Positions 47,775 to 58,169 of a stretch of 64,000 nucleotides of DNA are shown here, piece after piece (position 1 is the stretch's first letter; each line of letters opens with the position of its first letter). This stretch comes from a virus (Duplodnaviria > Caudoviricetes), in the IMG/VR virus record IMGVR_UViG_3300021254_000029, positions 32,460-96,459 of that record. One strand, 5' to 3'. Under the pieces are notes generated by a model, which was not told the DNA's origin, did no database searches, and worked only from the letters and a program-made list of their open reading frames with translations. Position numbers and translations under genes: made by a program.

Positions 47775-48066
47775 TGCTTATTTAATTAAATGATTAAATA
47801 CTTGAATGAGTATATACTTATCTACATATATGCTTATATGCGTATTTGCTTAAATGCTTATATGGGTATCTACTTGAATGATTTTATAGCGTAATATTTA
47901 TTCTCATCTGCTTATATGCTTGCATACTTACCTACTTATATAATTGGATGTTTATTTAATTATCTGATTGCATGAGCATATAATCATTTAAGTATATGAG
48001 TATATGAGTATATGATTAAATAAGTAAATACGCATGTGATTAAATAAGTAGATGCTTGAATGATTG
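47775..48066. repeat. AT-rich ~8-bp repeats (centromere/parS-like)
   Basis: Recurrent TGCTTATA/TGAGTATA/TAAGTA units; similar clusters at ~47255-47300 and 49120-49168 over the parA promoter. Confidence 0.55.
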
Positions 48067-48067
48067 T

Positions 48068-48928
48068 TTAAGCGAACTTCCTCAGGTACTCAGTGGCGAG
48101 GGCGGTATAGTCTTCGGCGGCGCGTCCGGCAGAGTAGGTGGTGAACACGTCTTCGCGCAGGGCCTGACTCTCAATGATGTCCTTGGAACGGCGGATGGCC
48201 GTCTGGAAGGTCTCGCGGAATGACTGGCGGATTTGCGGCTCGTAGAGTTTGGCGGAGCGCAGTTTGGCATCGAGTTTGGTAATGAGGATGCCGTGGATGG
48301 TGAGGTTGCCCGTGTCGGCTCCCACCTTGCCTGCGGCTACGGCGATGTTGGCCATACCCTTGACGCTGGCCTCTTCCAGTTCTGTGGGGATGATGTAGCC
48401 GTCTGCGGCGTAGAGGGCGTTATAGGTCATGCGCGACATGGCGGGCTGGGTGTCAATGAAGATGAAGTCAAAGGCAACCCCTTCCTGGCCTCCCCCCATA
48501 GGGGAGGAAATGATTGATGGCAACTCTTCTCCTGTGCGGTTGTCGATTGGTCGTGAAAGGATTTCCTTCAGCGCTTTGCTGGGGTTGGGGCGCAGGGAGA
48601 GGATGGCGTCGATACCGTTCAGATTGACGGATGCGGGAGTGTAGTATAGACCGTTGTCGGCACGATAGACGGGAAGCCCCTGTTGTTCGTTGCACAGGGC
48701 TGTGTAGAGGGTGGGGAATCCTTCCAGTTCGCGGCGGTCGTCCCAACCGAGGAAGTAGGAGAGGTTGCGCTGCGGGTCGCAGTCGATGACGAGGACTCTG
48801 TAACCTTCAATGCGTCGGCTGATGGCCGATGCGAGGTTCAGGACGGTGCTGGTCTTGCCGGCTCCGCCTTTGTTGTTTGACACGGCTACGATGTGACGCA
48901 GCTGGTGTGTCCGTTGCTTTTTTGCCAT
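48068..48928 (-). CDS. parA: ParA/Soj partition ATPase
   Basis: NNKGGAGKTS deviant Walker A, VLVIDCDPQRNL, FDFIFIDTQP. Confidence 0.92.
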   Translation of the reverse strand: MAKKQRTHQLRHIVAVSNNKGGAGKTSTVLNLASAISRRIEGYRVLVIDCDPQRNLSYFLGWDDRRELEGFPTLYTALCNEQQGLPVYRADNGLYYTPASVNLNGIDAILSLRPNPSKALKEILSRPIDNRTGEELPSIISSPMGGGQEGVAFDFIFIDTQPAMSRMTYNALYAADGYIIPTELEEASVKGMANIAVAAGKVGADTGNLTIHGILITKLDAKLRSAKLYEPQIRQSFRETFQTAIRRSKDIIESQALREDVFTTYSAGRAAEDYTALATEYLRKFA

Positions 48929-49112
48929 AATAATAATTTATAAAATGTTGAACATCGTTTCTCGCGGTTCGACATTTCTTTTGCCTCGGCATAACAGGTC
49001 TTGCCTGATGCTCCGACACGCTGCACCCAGTCAAGTAAACTTGATGGTCGCAGTCTTGTGTTGCCGGACATGTCGGCATATGCTTTCGGCTGTCAGAATG
49101 TTGTAGCTGGTG

Positions 49113-49120
49113 CAAAGGTA
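49113..49120 (-). promoter_or_regulatory. parA promoter -7 element
   Basis: TACCTTTG with TTTG 20 bp upstream, overlapped by the repeats. Confidence 0.65.
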
Positions 49121-49348
49121 TGCTTATATAAGCAAATGAGCAAATAATTAAATGAGTATTTAAGTAAAGTGTGTTGTAAAACATAAAATGAGCGGTGTAT
49201 CTGCACCCAAGCGTGGAATTGGAGATGCCCAATTTTTAAGTCTCGCGATTGCCCTTGACTTGAAAGTGCGGTATATGTATATTGCACGAAAAGACAAAAG
49301 ACGTGCCGAATAAGGTGGGTTTAATGTAGAATTAAAAAGGCGATAGTT

Positions 49349-49816
49349 ATGTTAGCACAATTAGAAAAGGTACAGGTGTTTCGCATCAACGGGCAATTAG
49401 TGGTTGCGCTGTCGATGGATGAAGCCTTAAACCTGTGGCGCATGTACTGTACTTCTCCAACGACAGAAGTGCTTCAGGTGGAGCGGGTGACTAATCTCGG
49501 TACCGCTGATAATCTGGCATGGATAATGAACAACATCTTTGGAGATAATTTCAGCGACGAATATCTAAAGTCGAAAGCGAAATTAGCGGCGATGGAACTG
49601 AAAGTGCAAGAAATGAAGGCAGAAATCTGCGGACTGAAGGTTCGTAAAGATGCCATACAGAAGCTGCAAGATGAACTTAGAGCGGCTAAATCGCGTGAGG
49701 ATGCCTTAGACGCCGGGTTGTCTCTAAAGACGGAGCGCGTGAAGGATTTAGAGGAGCAGGTGAAATGGTACAAAACGCAGGTGGCTGAATTTAAGAGAAG
49801 TATGAAGAAACGATAA
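49349..49816 (+). CDS. Coiled-coil hypothetical protein
   Basis: 155 aa; first gene of the rightward unit. Confidence 0.65.
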   Translation: MLAQLEKVQVFRINGQLVVALSMDEALNLWRMYCTSPTTEVLQVERVTNLGTADNLAWIMNNIFGDNFSDEYLKSKAKLAAMELKVQEMKAEICGLKVRKDAIQKLQDELRAAKSREDALDAGLSLKTERVKDLEEQVKWYKTQVAEFKRSMKKR

Positions 49817-49838
49817 AAAACCCTATAATTGCAATAAT

Positions 49839-50123
49839 ATGGCAGACAACGTGAATCATCCGGCTCACTATACGAGCCATCCGAGCGGGGTGGAGTGCAT
49901 CACGATTGCAAGGCACTACTGCTTCAGTATTGGCAGCGCCATCAAGTACCTGTGGCGGGCGGGGCTGAAAGAGGATGCGGACAAGACACCGCTCGAGAAG
50001 GAGATCGAGGACTTGGAGAAGGCGGTGTGGTTTATACAGGACCGCATCAACGAGCTGCGCCACAAGGACGGGCTTCCGATGGGAGGAGCGATGGAGGAGA
50101 TGCTGGATAGGGAAAGGGCATGA
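49839..50123 (+). CDS. DUF3310 family protein
   Basis: DNVNHPAHY...ECI...AIKYLWRAGLK...EDLEKAVWFI. Confidence 0.9.
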   Translation: MADNVNHPAHYTSHPSGVECITIARHYCFSIGSAIKYLWRAGLKEDADKTPLEKEIEDLEKAVWFIQDRINELRHKDGLPMGGAMEEMLDRERA

Positions 50124-50228
50124 GAGGACGACAGGGGACGGGAATTTATACCGTGAGGGTAGCAGGGGCTGCGATGATATCGCAGCATACGAAAACAGAA
50201 AAGAAACAACAAACATTAAAACTAAATA

Positions 50229-50642
50229 TTGAATAAGGTGACTGAGAAGGGAAAGAAGCATGAGCTGGCGCTGCGGGCCATTGAGGGCCTGCGGGCGGCG
50301 GCGGTGGAGGTCGTGAATCTGTTCGCGGAGAAGCATGATCTGCCGAGGTGGGACGGCCGGGACACGTATTTCGTGGATGAGTTCTGCGACACGTGTATGT
50401 TCGGGGACTATGCCTTCGGAATGCAGACGATGATTGAGGATCTGACGAACGACCTCCCGGAGGAGGAACTGATGCGGTGGTACGACTACACCTGTGATTA
50501 CATGGAGGCGTTCGGGTCGTCGGACGGTTGTCCGAACTTCCGGGCGTGGTGCCAGGGTGCGCCGCGTGTGGAGCTTGGGCCGATAATGGAGAAGAAGAGG
50601 GAACTGGAGAAGATGATTGCAGAAGCCAAAACGGGGTTCTGA
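50229..50642 (+). CDS. Hypothetical protein
   Basis: WYDY...PNFRAWCQGAPR motif; start uncertain. Confidence 0.65.
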   Translation: MNKVTEKGKKHELALRAIEGLRAAAVEVVNLFAEKHDLPRWDGRDTYFVDEFCDTCMFGDYAFGMQTMIEDLTNDLPEEELMRWYDYTCDYMEAFGSSDGCPNFRAWCQGAPRVELGPIMEKKRELEKMIAEAKTGF

Positions 50643-50783
50643 GTGAAAAGTGAAAAATGAAAAGTGAAAAGTGAAAAGTGAAAAATAGAAGTAACCGCAG
50701 AGGCGCTGAGAACGCAATGGTTTTTCTTACACACAAATTATCACGAATTGACCATAAATTTTCACAAATTAAATTTTACGACT

Positions 50784-51071
50784 ATGAAACAGATTGACAG
50801 GGAGAAATTTCAGAAGAAGATGGAGCGGGTGAGACTGCAGTTCAGCATGACGTACTTCGGGAAGAGCAACAACTGGAAACTGGCGTGCAGAATCAACGAC
50901 AAACTGCAGACCCTGGAGCGTATGACAGACGAAGACCATCTGCTGCTGTGGCAGTTGCTCAACATCGCACTGGGAGCACAGGCCAAGGAGATGTTGAAGA
51001 GAGATCTGCTGCCGGACGAATTGGCGAAGATGTACCGGGAGGCGGGCAGTGCTGCGCAAGTGAAAAAATGA
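50784..51071 (+). CDS. Hypothetical protein
   Basis: MKQIDREKF... Confidence 0.6.
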   Translation: MKQIDREKFQKKMERVRLQFSMTYFGKSNNWKLACRINDKLQTLERMTDEDHLLLWQLLNIALGAQAKEMLKRDLLPDELAKMYREAGSAAQVKK

Positions 51072-51220
51072 AAAGTGAAAAGTGAAAAATAAGAGTTAGC
51101 GCAAAGACGATATGAAATACGGGCTGCCATATAAGGGAAGCAATAACAGGCTGCCGGAGGGCGGGATGGCAGGCTGCGATAATATCGCAGCATACGGAAC
51201 AACTAAACACTGAGGGCTTT

Positions 51221-52387
51221 ATGATTAAGAAACTGACGACGGGTGAATACCTGAAGGATTATAGGACGATGACGGCGCAGGAGCGCGAGGCGTACCGCAA
51301 GAGGGTGGGGGAGTGGTTGCGTACGGCTGGGGAGCGGCTGCTGGCGTTGACGGACAGGCCGATGGCGAAGGCGCAGAACCTGATGTCGATGAGTGCGAGG
51401 TGGATGAAGGAGGACTGCGAGGCGGCGCACGAGGGGGCTGTGCTGCTGACGGCACTGATGGCGGTCGCGGAGACGTGGCTGCCGAGTCAGTTGTGGGTGA
51501 AGAGTGCGTGGAGGGCGGTCCGACAAATCAATTCTGTTTTGTCGGAAGTAAAAAGTGAAAAGTTCTTGGACGAGCCAAGCGGCATAGCCGAGCGAAAAGT
51601 GAAAAATGAGGCTGGCGTGGCGAAAGAGGAGCCTGCGGAGAAAACCCGCAAAGGAACGCAGGCCGTCGCCGCAGAGTCCAGTCCAACCGATAGTGGAATG
51701 GATGGCGATAGAATCGCCTCGGAAAAGACGGGACGGGCTTTGTCGGGAGAATCGACTGGTACTCAGACGGAACAAGAACCAACGGGGACTCTGACAAAAC
51801 AAGAAAATGCTCAGGGGACAGGCGAGGTGCTTATTGTCCCCATGCGGCCTAAGCACATTGACCAGTACGTTTACCTGTTACCGAAGGGGACGCAGGAGCG
51901 GGCAGGGGCTGTCAGAGGGCTGCTGCGGGAGTTGGACGAGGCACGCGAGAAGATGCGCCTGTTGATGGAGGATGCCCAGGCGAAGCCGGATGCACGGGCG
52001 GCGTGGGCAAGGAAGGCAACGAGGATTGACGCGACGCTGAAGGGGATTTACAAGGAACTGGATGCGGAGTGGGAGAAGTTGGTGAAGAGCGGCCGGGTGA
52101 CGGTGGATGCGCTGGGGAACGCGAACGTGGCACCTTCGCCGCAAAACGGCGAAGCACAGGACACGGTTGCGAAACTGACCTCGGAGCAGAAGGCGAGACG
52201 CAGGGAGCTGCGGAAGTGGCTCATCGACCTGCGACGCGGCAAGGAGGGGGAAGCCAGAGAGAAACGCATCGAGCAGTGGAAGATGAACTGGAAGGAGTAC
52301 CTGACGCTGGAACCGCTGGAGAGCGCGCTGAAGGACGAGAAGGTGGTGGCGGCAGCGGAACACTTCGGAGTGGAAATCAATTCATAA
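51221..52387 (+). CDS. Hypothetical protein with in-frame repeat insertions
   Basis: 388 aa; RPKHIDQYVYLLP; AAAAGTG repeats at ~51550-51606. Confidence 0.7.
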   Translation: MIKKLTTGEYLKDYRTMTAQEREAYRKRVGEWLRTAGERLLALTDRPMAKAQNLMSMSARWMKEDCEAAHEGAVLLTALMAVAETWLPSQLWVKSAWRAVRQINSVLSEVKSEKFLDEPSGIAERKVKNEAGVAKEEPAEKTRKGTQAVAAESSPTDSGMDGDRIASEKTGRALSGESTGTQTEQEPTGTLTKQENAQGTGEVLIVPMRPKHIDQYVYLLPKGTQERAGAVRGLLRELDEAREKMRLLMEDAQAKPDARAAWARKATRIDATLKGIYKELDAEWEKLVKSGRVTVDALGNANVAPSPQNGEAQDTVAKLTSEQKARRRELRKWLIDLRRGKEGEAREKRIEQWKMNWKEYLTLEPLESALKDEKVVAAAEHFGVEINS

Positions 52388-52404
52388 TTCATAATGAGTA
52401 CAAC

Positions 52405-52593
52405 ATGGAAGCGACCTTTTCTTTCGACAAATTGAACAAAGACCGCATAGCACTGAATATCGTCACAGACAATATGCAATCTCTGGTTTTCTTAACACGC
52501 ATGGAGTTTCTGAAGCTCATGGCAAAGATGTTCGATTACAGGGATGCCAATGTAGATGAGCTAAGGGAAGTTTGCGGGGGCGGGCATACTTAA
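52405..52593 (+). CDS. Small hypothetical protein
   Basis: MEATFSFDKL... Confidence 0.5.
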   Translation: MEATFSFDKLNKDRIALNIVTDNMQSLVFLTRMEFLKLMAKMFDYRDANVDELREVCGGGHT

Positions 52594-52636
52594 CACGAAT
52601 TGGCCATAAATTATTCACGAATTAAAACTTACGATT

Positions 52637-52894
52637 ATGACACAGGAAGTATTTGACAAGGCTAAAGAACTTCTGGCAAGTATCAGCGCTACGAAAGACC
52701 AGATTACGCGAATTGAAATTCTGATGGAGGCGTGCAGCAAGCAGAAACGTCCGTTTGCGCTGCGCGACACGGCAGACCTGACAAGTCCGATTATTCACCT
52801 TTCACAGGAGGAAGCCCTGCCTTTACTTGAGAAGAAGCTGGAAGGGTACAGACGAGGACTTGAGAAGCTGGAGAAGGAGTTCGATAAATTGTAG
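52637..52894 (+). CDS. Small coiled-coil protein
   Basis: 85 aa ORF. Confidence 0.65.
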   Translation: MTQEVFDKAKELLASISATKDQITRIEILMEACSKQKRPFALRDTADLTSPIIHLSQEEALPLLEKKLEGYRRGLEKLEKEFDKL

Positions 52895-52903
52895 CCCAGA
52901 CGT

Positions 52904-52974
52904 GGGGGATTGGTGTAATGGTAGCACATGAGATTTTGGCTCTCACAGTGGAGGTTCGAGTCCTCCATCTCCTA
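52904..52974 (+). tRNA. tRNA-Gln(TTG)
   Basis: Cloverleaf; TGAGA-TTTTGGC-TCTCA anticodon arm; GGAGG-TTCGAGT-CCTCC T arm. Confidence 0.9.
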
Positions 52975-52983
52975 CGCTGAAAA

Positions 52984-53054
52984 TGGCTGTTGGTGTAGTG
53001 GCAGCACGCATGACTCTGGATCATGAAGCACAGGTTCGATGCCTGTACGGCCAA
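52984..53054 (+). tRNA. tRNA-Gln(CTG)
   Basis: Cloverleaf; CATGA-CTCTGGA-TCATG anticodon arm; ACAGG-TTCGATG-CCTGT T arm. Confidence 0.9.
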
Positions 53055-53086
53055 CAACGATAAACATTAGCATAACTCACAGCGAT

Positions 53087-53416
53087 ATGGAAATATTTGA
53101 CACACCCCAAAAGGAGCAATGTCCGGAAGTAAGGACGGAAGTCGTGCAACAGCAACAGCGGGAGTACAAACTGATAGGAAAGCAACGTCGGAGGCCTGGA
53201 CATACCGTGTTTTCGCTGAACGTGAAGACGGGTGAGATAAAACCTGCTCCAATGATTTGCGATGTGGCGTTTACAATGTCCAGCAAAACAGAAAAGCGTC
53301 GTCGGATAGATATTGAACCCGATTGCATCTACAGGCAGGCATTGAACAAGAAGAACTTCGTCAAGATACTGGTGAGGGAGGGCATACTTAGACAGAGGGT
53401 GGTCAAGAAAAAATAA
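53087..53416 (+). CDS. Conserved phage hypothetical protein
   Basis: PGHTVFSLNVKTGEIKPA...YRQALNKKN. Confidence 0.7.
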   Translation: MEIFDTPQKEQCPEVRTEVVQQQQREYKLIGKQRRRPGHTVFSLNVKTGEIKPAPMICDVAFTMSSKTEKRRRIDIEPDCIYRQALNKKNFVKILVREGILRQRVVKKK

Positions 53417-53570
53417 TAGTGGCCGCGATGGTATCGCGGCATACGGAACAACAAAAAGTGAAAAAATAAAAGGTACCGCAGAGGTGCGGAGGGAGCAGAG
53501 AGAAATCCGTGGAATCCGCGTAATCCGTGGTCGAGAAAAATAAATGGTAAATGATTAAATCGTAAATGAT

Positions 53571-54095
53571 ATGACATTTCACAGTATTGTGCGCCAATGG
53601 TGCAGAATATACAAGCCAATGTTGGACAGTAGCACGAACGGGAACAGACGTTTTTACCTTACGGACTCAACGGCTGGCGTGGTAGAGCTTGCCAAAGGCA
53701 TTAGCAATTCCTTCTCCCCTTGCGTAGTGATGGAGAGCAATGTGGAAGGAGGCGGTCCGATAGAGAGGCCAAAACGTAACTACCCCATTTATTTCTTTGT
53801 CCGGGCCAGGGATATGGCTGACGGCGATGCCGCTGCTGAAGCAAAGGAGGAAGCATGGTATCACGCTCAGAATTTCCTTGCATGGCTAAGAGCTAAGCGG
53901 AATAAAGAACTGGAAAGGTGTATTGATGGCGATTTTTCTCGCATCGACCTTGACGGTGCATTGATCGACATCCAGACCTGTGGGCCAATCGAAAACGGAT
54001 GGTTCGCTGTGCTAATTCAGTTCGAGCGTGAAGAGCCACTTAATCTGTGTGTAAATGAGGATTTATATGTTGAGGAGTGTGAGTGCGAGTGTTAG
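53571..54095 (+). CDS. Phage protein (possible tail-completion-like)
   Basis: 174 aa; function is inference. Confidence 0.55.
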   Translation: MTFHSIVRQWCRIYKPMLDSSTNGNRRFYLTDSTAGVVELAKGISNSFSPCVVMESNVEGGGPIERPKRNYPIYFFVRARDMADGDAAAEAKEEAWYHAQNFLAWLRAKRNKELERCIDGDFSRIDLDGALIDIQTCGPIENGWFAVLIQFEREEPLNLCVNEDLYVEECECEC

Positions 54096-54138
54096 GCTGC
54101 AATAAAATAGCAGCGGAAGGAACGGAGTACATTAAACA

Positions 54139-54378
54139 ATGACGATAATGGATAAGAGTTGTTCGACCTGCGCAAAGAGGGTTTTAAAACTTTATTCCGA
54201 TGGCAGGGAGGAAACCTGCTGCGGGCTTGAGCCTGATATGAAGGTAAATGCACGAATGCACTGCGAGGAATGGGAACAACAGAAAAACAATAGAATATGT
54301 ATCATCATTACAAAGATGACATCTGGGGGCACAAGGTGCCTTACATGGAAGCAAACCACGACACGGCTACGCGACTGA
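54139..54378 (+). CDS. Small Cys-rich protein
   Basis: CSTC...CC...CEEW. Confidence 0.5.
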   Translation: MTIMDKSCSTCAKRVLKLYSDGREETCCGLEPDMKVNARMHCEEWEQQKNNRICIIITKMTSGGTRCLTWKQTTTRLRD

Positions 54379-54615
54379 TGGAGGACGCGCGGAACGAGAT
54401 AACGAGGGTGGTGGACGTGCCACGGAACGTGCAGGCGCTAATCAAGATGTGAGAGAACCGCGATACAATCGCGGCGAAATAAACGAAACGACAAGAGTAA
54501 ACCAAAAACGGTGAAAGCCGAGTATTAACAATCAAAAACAAAACGGCTCTTCATCCTTTCCAATCCGCGAAGAAATGGAAAAGACTGGAAAGTTTTGCAA
54601 AAATTAGCAAGGATT

Positions 54616-55376
54616 ATGCAGCTTGACACTATTTCCCATGGCGACTGTCTGGCGGGCCTGAAAGGTTTGCCTGACTGCTGCGTAGACTTGGTAATCATGG
54701 ATCCTCCCTACGTGATAGGTAACACGGGAGGCGGATTCTGGTCGAAGGCCACGGAGGGCAACCATTACAACGCACGCGGCACAAGGAAAGGGATGGAGAG
54801 GCTGGAACAGATAAAGGATGGTTTCGACCTGGCCGTATTGGACGAGCTGTGCCGCGTGATGAAGAAGGTCAACGCCTACATCTTCTGTAGTCAGAAACAG
54901 ATTCAGCCATACCTGGAATACTTCGTCAACGGCAAGGGTTGCAACTGGAACCTGATATCATGGCACAAGACCAATCCGATTCCGGCTTGCGGCAACAAGT
55001 ATCTGAACGACACGGAGTACATTCTCTTCTTCCGGGAGAAGGGTGTACGGGTATATGGCTCGTATGAGACAAAGCGGACGTTCTACACCTCGCTGCGAAA
55101 CCAGCAGGACAACGTGCACTACAATCATCCTACGGTAAAACCGCTGCCTCTGATACGCCGCTTCATCCAGAACAGCACCCTGTCGGGGGGGGGGTAATTC
55201 TCGACCCCTTCATAGGCAGCGGCACAACGGCTGTGGCGGCCCTGAAGGAAGGGCGGCACTTTTTAGGCTTTGAAATCAATGCCGACTACTGCAAGACGGC
55301 GAAGGAGAGAATCAAGGCAGTGAATAATGAGCTGCAACGGTGTTGCGGCATAGAAGACAGACAAGACGGACTATGA
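54616..55376 (+). pseudogene. N4/N6 DNA methyltransferase (beta class) frameshifted at a G10 tract
   Basis: DLVIMDPPY and HPTVKP in frame 1; SAM motif VILDPFIGSGTT in the shifted frame after G10 (55185-55194); that frame ends in an ATGA overlap with the next gene. Confidence 0.88.
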
Positions 55377-56027
55377 AGGTACTGGAACTATTCAGCGGCA
55401 CGGAGTGCCTGAGCGATGCTTTCCGACAGCGAGGGCATGAGTGCTTCACGGTAGATTGGGACGAGCGCTTCCCGTCGTCGCTGCACTGCGACATCATGGA
55501 ACTGACGGCCGACATGATCCGTGAGCGGTTCGGGCAGCCCGACGTAATCTGGGCTGGATGCGACTGCACCACGTTCTCGGTGGCCGCCATCGGCTTCCAT
55601 CGGACGAAAGACCCTGTGACGGGTTCGCTGCTGCCCAAGACGGAGAAAGCACGGCGAGCCGACGAGGTGAACAGGCACACGCTGCAACTCATCCGCGAAC
55701 TCAACCCGCGCCTCTGGTTTATCGAGAACCCGATGGGCGGACTGCGGAAGATGGACTACATGCAGGGTTTGCCGCGCCACCTGATAACCTACTGTCAGTA
55801 TGGTTTCTCTTACCGCAAGGCAACGGACATCTGGACCAACCACCCCGACCCGCAGTTCCGACCGCCCTGCAAGAACGGCGACCCCTGCCACGAGCGGGCA
55901 CCGAGGGGAACGAAGCAAGGGCTGCAGGCCATTAAAGACCGTGCAGCGCGAGCAAAATACCCCCCCACTTTGTGAGCACATCGTGGGGATTTGTGAAAGG
56001 GAAATCACAAAGAACCGGCCGCGATAG
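55373..56027 (+). CDS. C5-cytosine methyltransferase-like protein; C-terminus frameshifted at a C7 tract
   Basis: VLELFSGT, DVIWAGCDCTTFS, FIENP, YCQYG..YRKATDIW; stop at 55975, LCEHIVGICE lies in another frame after C7 (55960-55966). Confidence 0.78.
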
Positions 56028-56087
56028 AATCGCGGCGTAATAAACGGGACGACAAGATAGACGAAATAAACGAAACGACAAACGATT

Positions 56088-56720
56088 ATGGCAACACTTT
56101 ACAAGCAAGGGAGTAGGGGAGAGGTGGTACGGCAGATACAGAAGGCTTTGCGGCTATACCCCGACGGGATTTGGGGACCGCTGACGACGGAGGCCGTGAA
56201 GCAGTTTCAGCGGGAGCACGGGCTGAAGGATGACGGAATCGCGGGCCCTGCTACGTTGGCGAAACTGCTGCCGGACATGGCAAAGTCGGCGCTGGGACTG
56301 AAACGGTCGCGGCGGCGCATCACGGAGATTATCGTGCATTGCACGGCCACGCCGGAGTATCGCGACTATACGGTGGCTGACATCCGGCTGTGGCATAAGC
56401 GGCAGGGATGGAGCGACATCGGCTATCACTATGTGATCTATCGCGACGGAACGGTACATGAGGGGCGCGACGTGGATATCAGCGGAGCGCACTGCACGGG
56501 GCATAACGCCAACTCGATTGGCGTGGTGTATGTAGGCGGCGTGGCTCCCGACGGCAAGACACCGAAGGACACGCGCACCGACCTGCAGAAGGCGGCACTG
56601 CTCTCGCTGCTGCTGGATCTGCGCAAGCTCTACCCCAAGGCGGAGATTCACGGGCACCGCGATTTCGCGAATAAGGCGTGCCCGAGTTTTGATGCGACGA
56701 GGGAATACAGGAGAGTTTAG
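56088..56720 (+). CDS. Endolysin: PG-binding domain plus N-acetylmuramoyl-L-alanine amidase
   Basis: DGIWGPLT..AVKQFQ..GL..DGIAGP; IIVHCTAT, IGYHYVI, GAHC.GHN, GHRD..KACP. Confidence 0.93.
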   Translation: MATLYKQGSRGEVVRQIQKALRLYPDGIWGPLTTEAVKQFQREHGLKDDGIAGPATLAKLLPDMAKSALGLKRSRRRITEIIVHCTATPEYRDYTVADIRLWHKRQGWSDIGYHYVIYRDGTVHEGRDVDISGAHCTGHNANSIGVVYVGGVAPDGKTPKDTRTDLQKAALLSLLLDLRKLYPKAEIHGHRDFANKACPSFDATREYRRV

Positions 56721-56801
56721 AGTGGGCGGCCTTCTCTCCTCGATATAACGATATAACGAGATAACGACTGGCCGCCATCGACAATAACGGCAATAACGAC
56801 T

Positions 56802-57134
56802 ATGGCAGAACAGAACGAAGAGAAACCGAGGAAGGTGACGGACATCGACGCGGTGAGCGACAACGCGGAGGCGGCGGTGATGGGATTCATTGAGCGATGG
56901 GTGCCGATGCCGGGCTTCGCCATCGGCGTGGAGGTGATGGATGCCGGACAACTGCGCGATGCGATGGGACTGCGGGCAACAATCGACTGGGGCGACCCGT
57001 GGCCGAAGGCGGAGCGGTTGCTGTTGGAGCATGGCTTCCGCTGGCACTGGCTCGGTTCGCAGCGGGTGATGTACTTGCAAGAGAAGGACGGGTTCGTGCC
57101 CGACACGGGGTGGACGGAGGCGGACGAGATATAA
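56802..57134 (+). CDS. Hypothetical protein
   Basis: 110 aa ORF. Confidence 0.6.
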   Translation: MAEQNEEKPRKVTDIDAVSDNAEAAVMGFIERWVPMPGFAIGVEVMDAGQLRDAMGLRATIDWGDPWPKAERLLLEHGFRWHWLGSQRVMYLQEKDGFVPDTGWTEADEI

Positions 57135-57185
57135 CCACTGATTGATTTTTGAACAACGAATTACACGAATTATAAGAAAGGCGAT

Positions 57186-58037
57186 ATGACAGAAGAATTA
57201 CAGCATAAAGTGGATGCCGCCGTCAGGCTGATACAGTCGGCAGGATATGAGGACGGGCGCCCCGTGGAGGTGGCCTACTCGGGTGGCAAGGACTCTGACG
57301 TGATACTGGAACTGACACGCATGGCGGGCATTCCCTATCGTGCCATCTACCACAACACGACCATCGACCCGCCGGGCACCATCGCCCACGTCAAGGAAAA
57401 GGGAGCGGAAATCGTGCAGCCGCCCAAGACATTCTTCCAGCTCATTCAGGAGATGGGGATGCCCAACCGATTCCAACGGCACTGCTGCCGATACCTGAAG
57501 GAGAGCAAGACGCTGGACCGCTGCATCATGGGCATCCGTAAGGCGGAGAGCACCGACCGCAACAAGAACTACGAGGAGCCGACGGAGTGCCGCTACTACG
57601 GTTCGGGACGCAAGACGAAGAAGAACCACGTCGAAGCGTTCTATCCCATACTGACGTGGACAGACGAGGATGTGGTGAAGTTCATCGAAGAGCGCGGCAT
57701 CCGTCTGCATCCGCTCTACTACCGCGAGGACGGCACCATCGACCCGAAGCGCAGGCTGGGCTGTATGTGCTGTCCGCTGGCCTACTACCGCAAGCGCATC
57801 GACTACTTCCGTCACTATCCGGGCATGGTGAAGGCTTACTGCCGTGCCGCAGAGCGTTACCGCCAGTCGCATCCCGACGTGGAGACGGTGGGCAAGTATG
57901 CCGACGTGTACGAGTGGTTCACGCGAGAGGTATTCTTCGAGCGTCAGTCTTGGTGGGAAGACCACAAGACGGTGACGCAATTTACCCCCCCCCAATACCA
58001 AGAGTTCCTGGAACGCTATTTCGGCATAGAGTTGTGA
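57186..58037 (+). CDS. PAPS reductase family protein
   Basis: VAYSGGKDS, CCRYLKE, GIRKAES..R, PILTWT, RLGCMCCP. Confidence 0.9.
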   Translation: MTEELQHKVDAAVRLIQSAGYEDGRPVEVAYSGGKDSDVILELTRMAGIPYRAIYHNTTIDPPGTIAHVKEKGAEIVQPPKTFFQLIQEMGMPNRFQRHCCRYLKESKTLDRCIMGIRKAESTDRNKNYEEPTECRYYGSGRKTKKNHVEAFYPILTWTDEDVVKFIEERGIRLHPLYYREDGTIDPKRRLGCMCCPLAYYRKRIDYFRHYPGMVKAYCRAAERYRQSHPDVETVGKYADVYEWFTREVFFERQSWWEDHKTVTQFTPPQYQEFLERYFGIEL

Positions 58038-58169
58038 CACACCCCACCAACCCCACACTGCACTCAAACGAAAATTTGACAGCAGTATCAGAAAACCCAC
58101 GCTCTCATCAAATTTTCGTTTGATGAACAAGAAAACAATTTTTGATGAACAACATATTTCAATAGCACT

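Noticed and set aside
52904-53054. TAG-to-Gln recoding as in Lak phages
   Set aside because: Anticodons are TTG and CTG, not CTA; genes are intact in code 11 and several end in TAG
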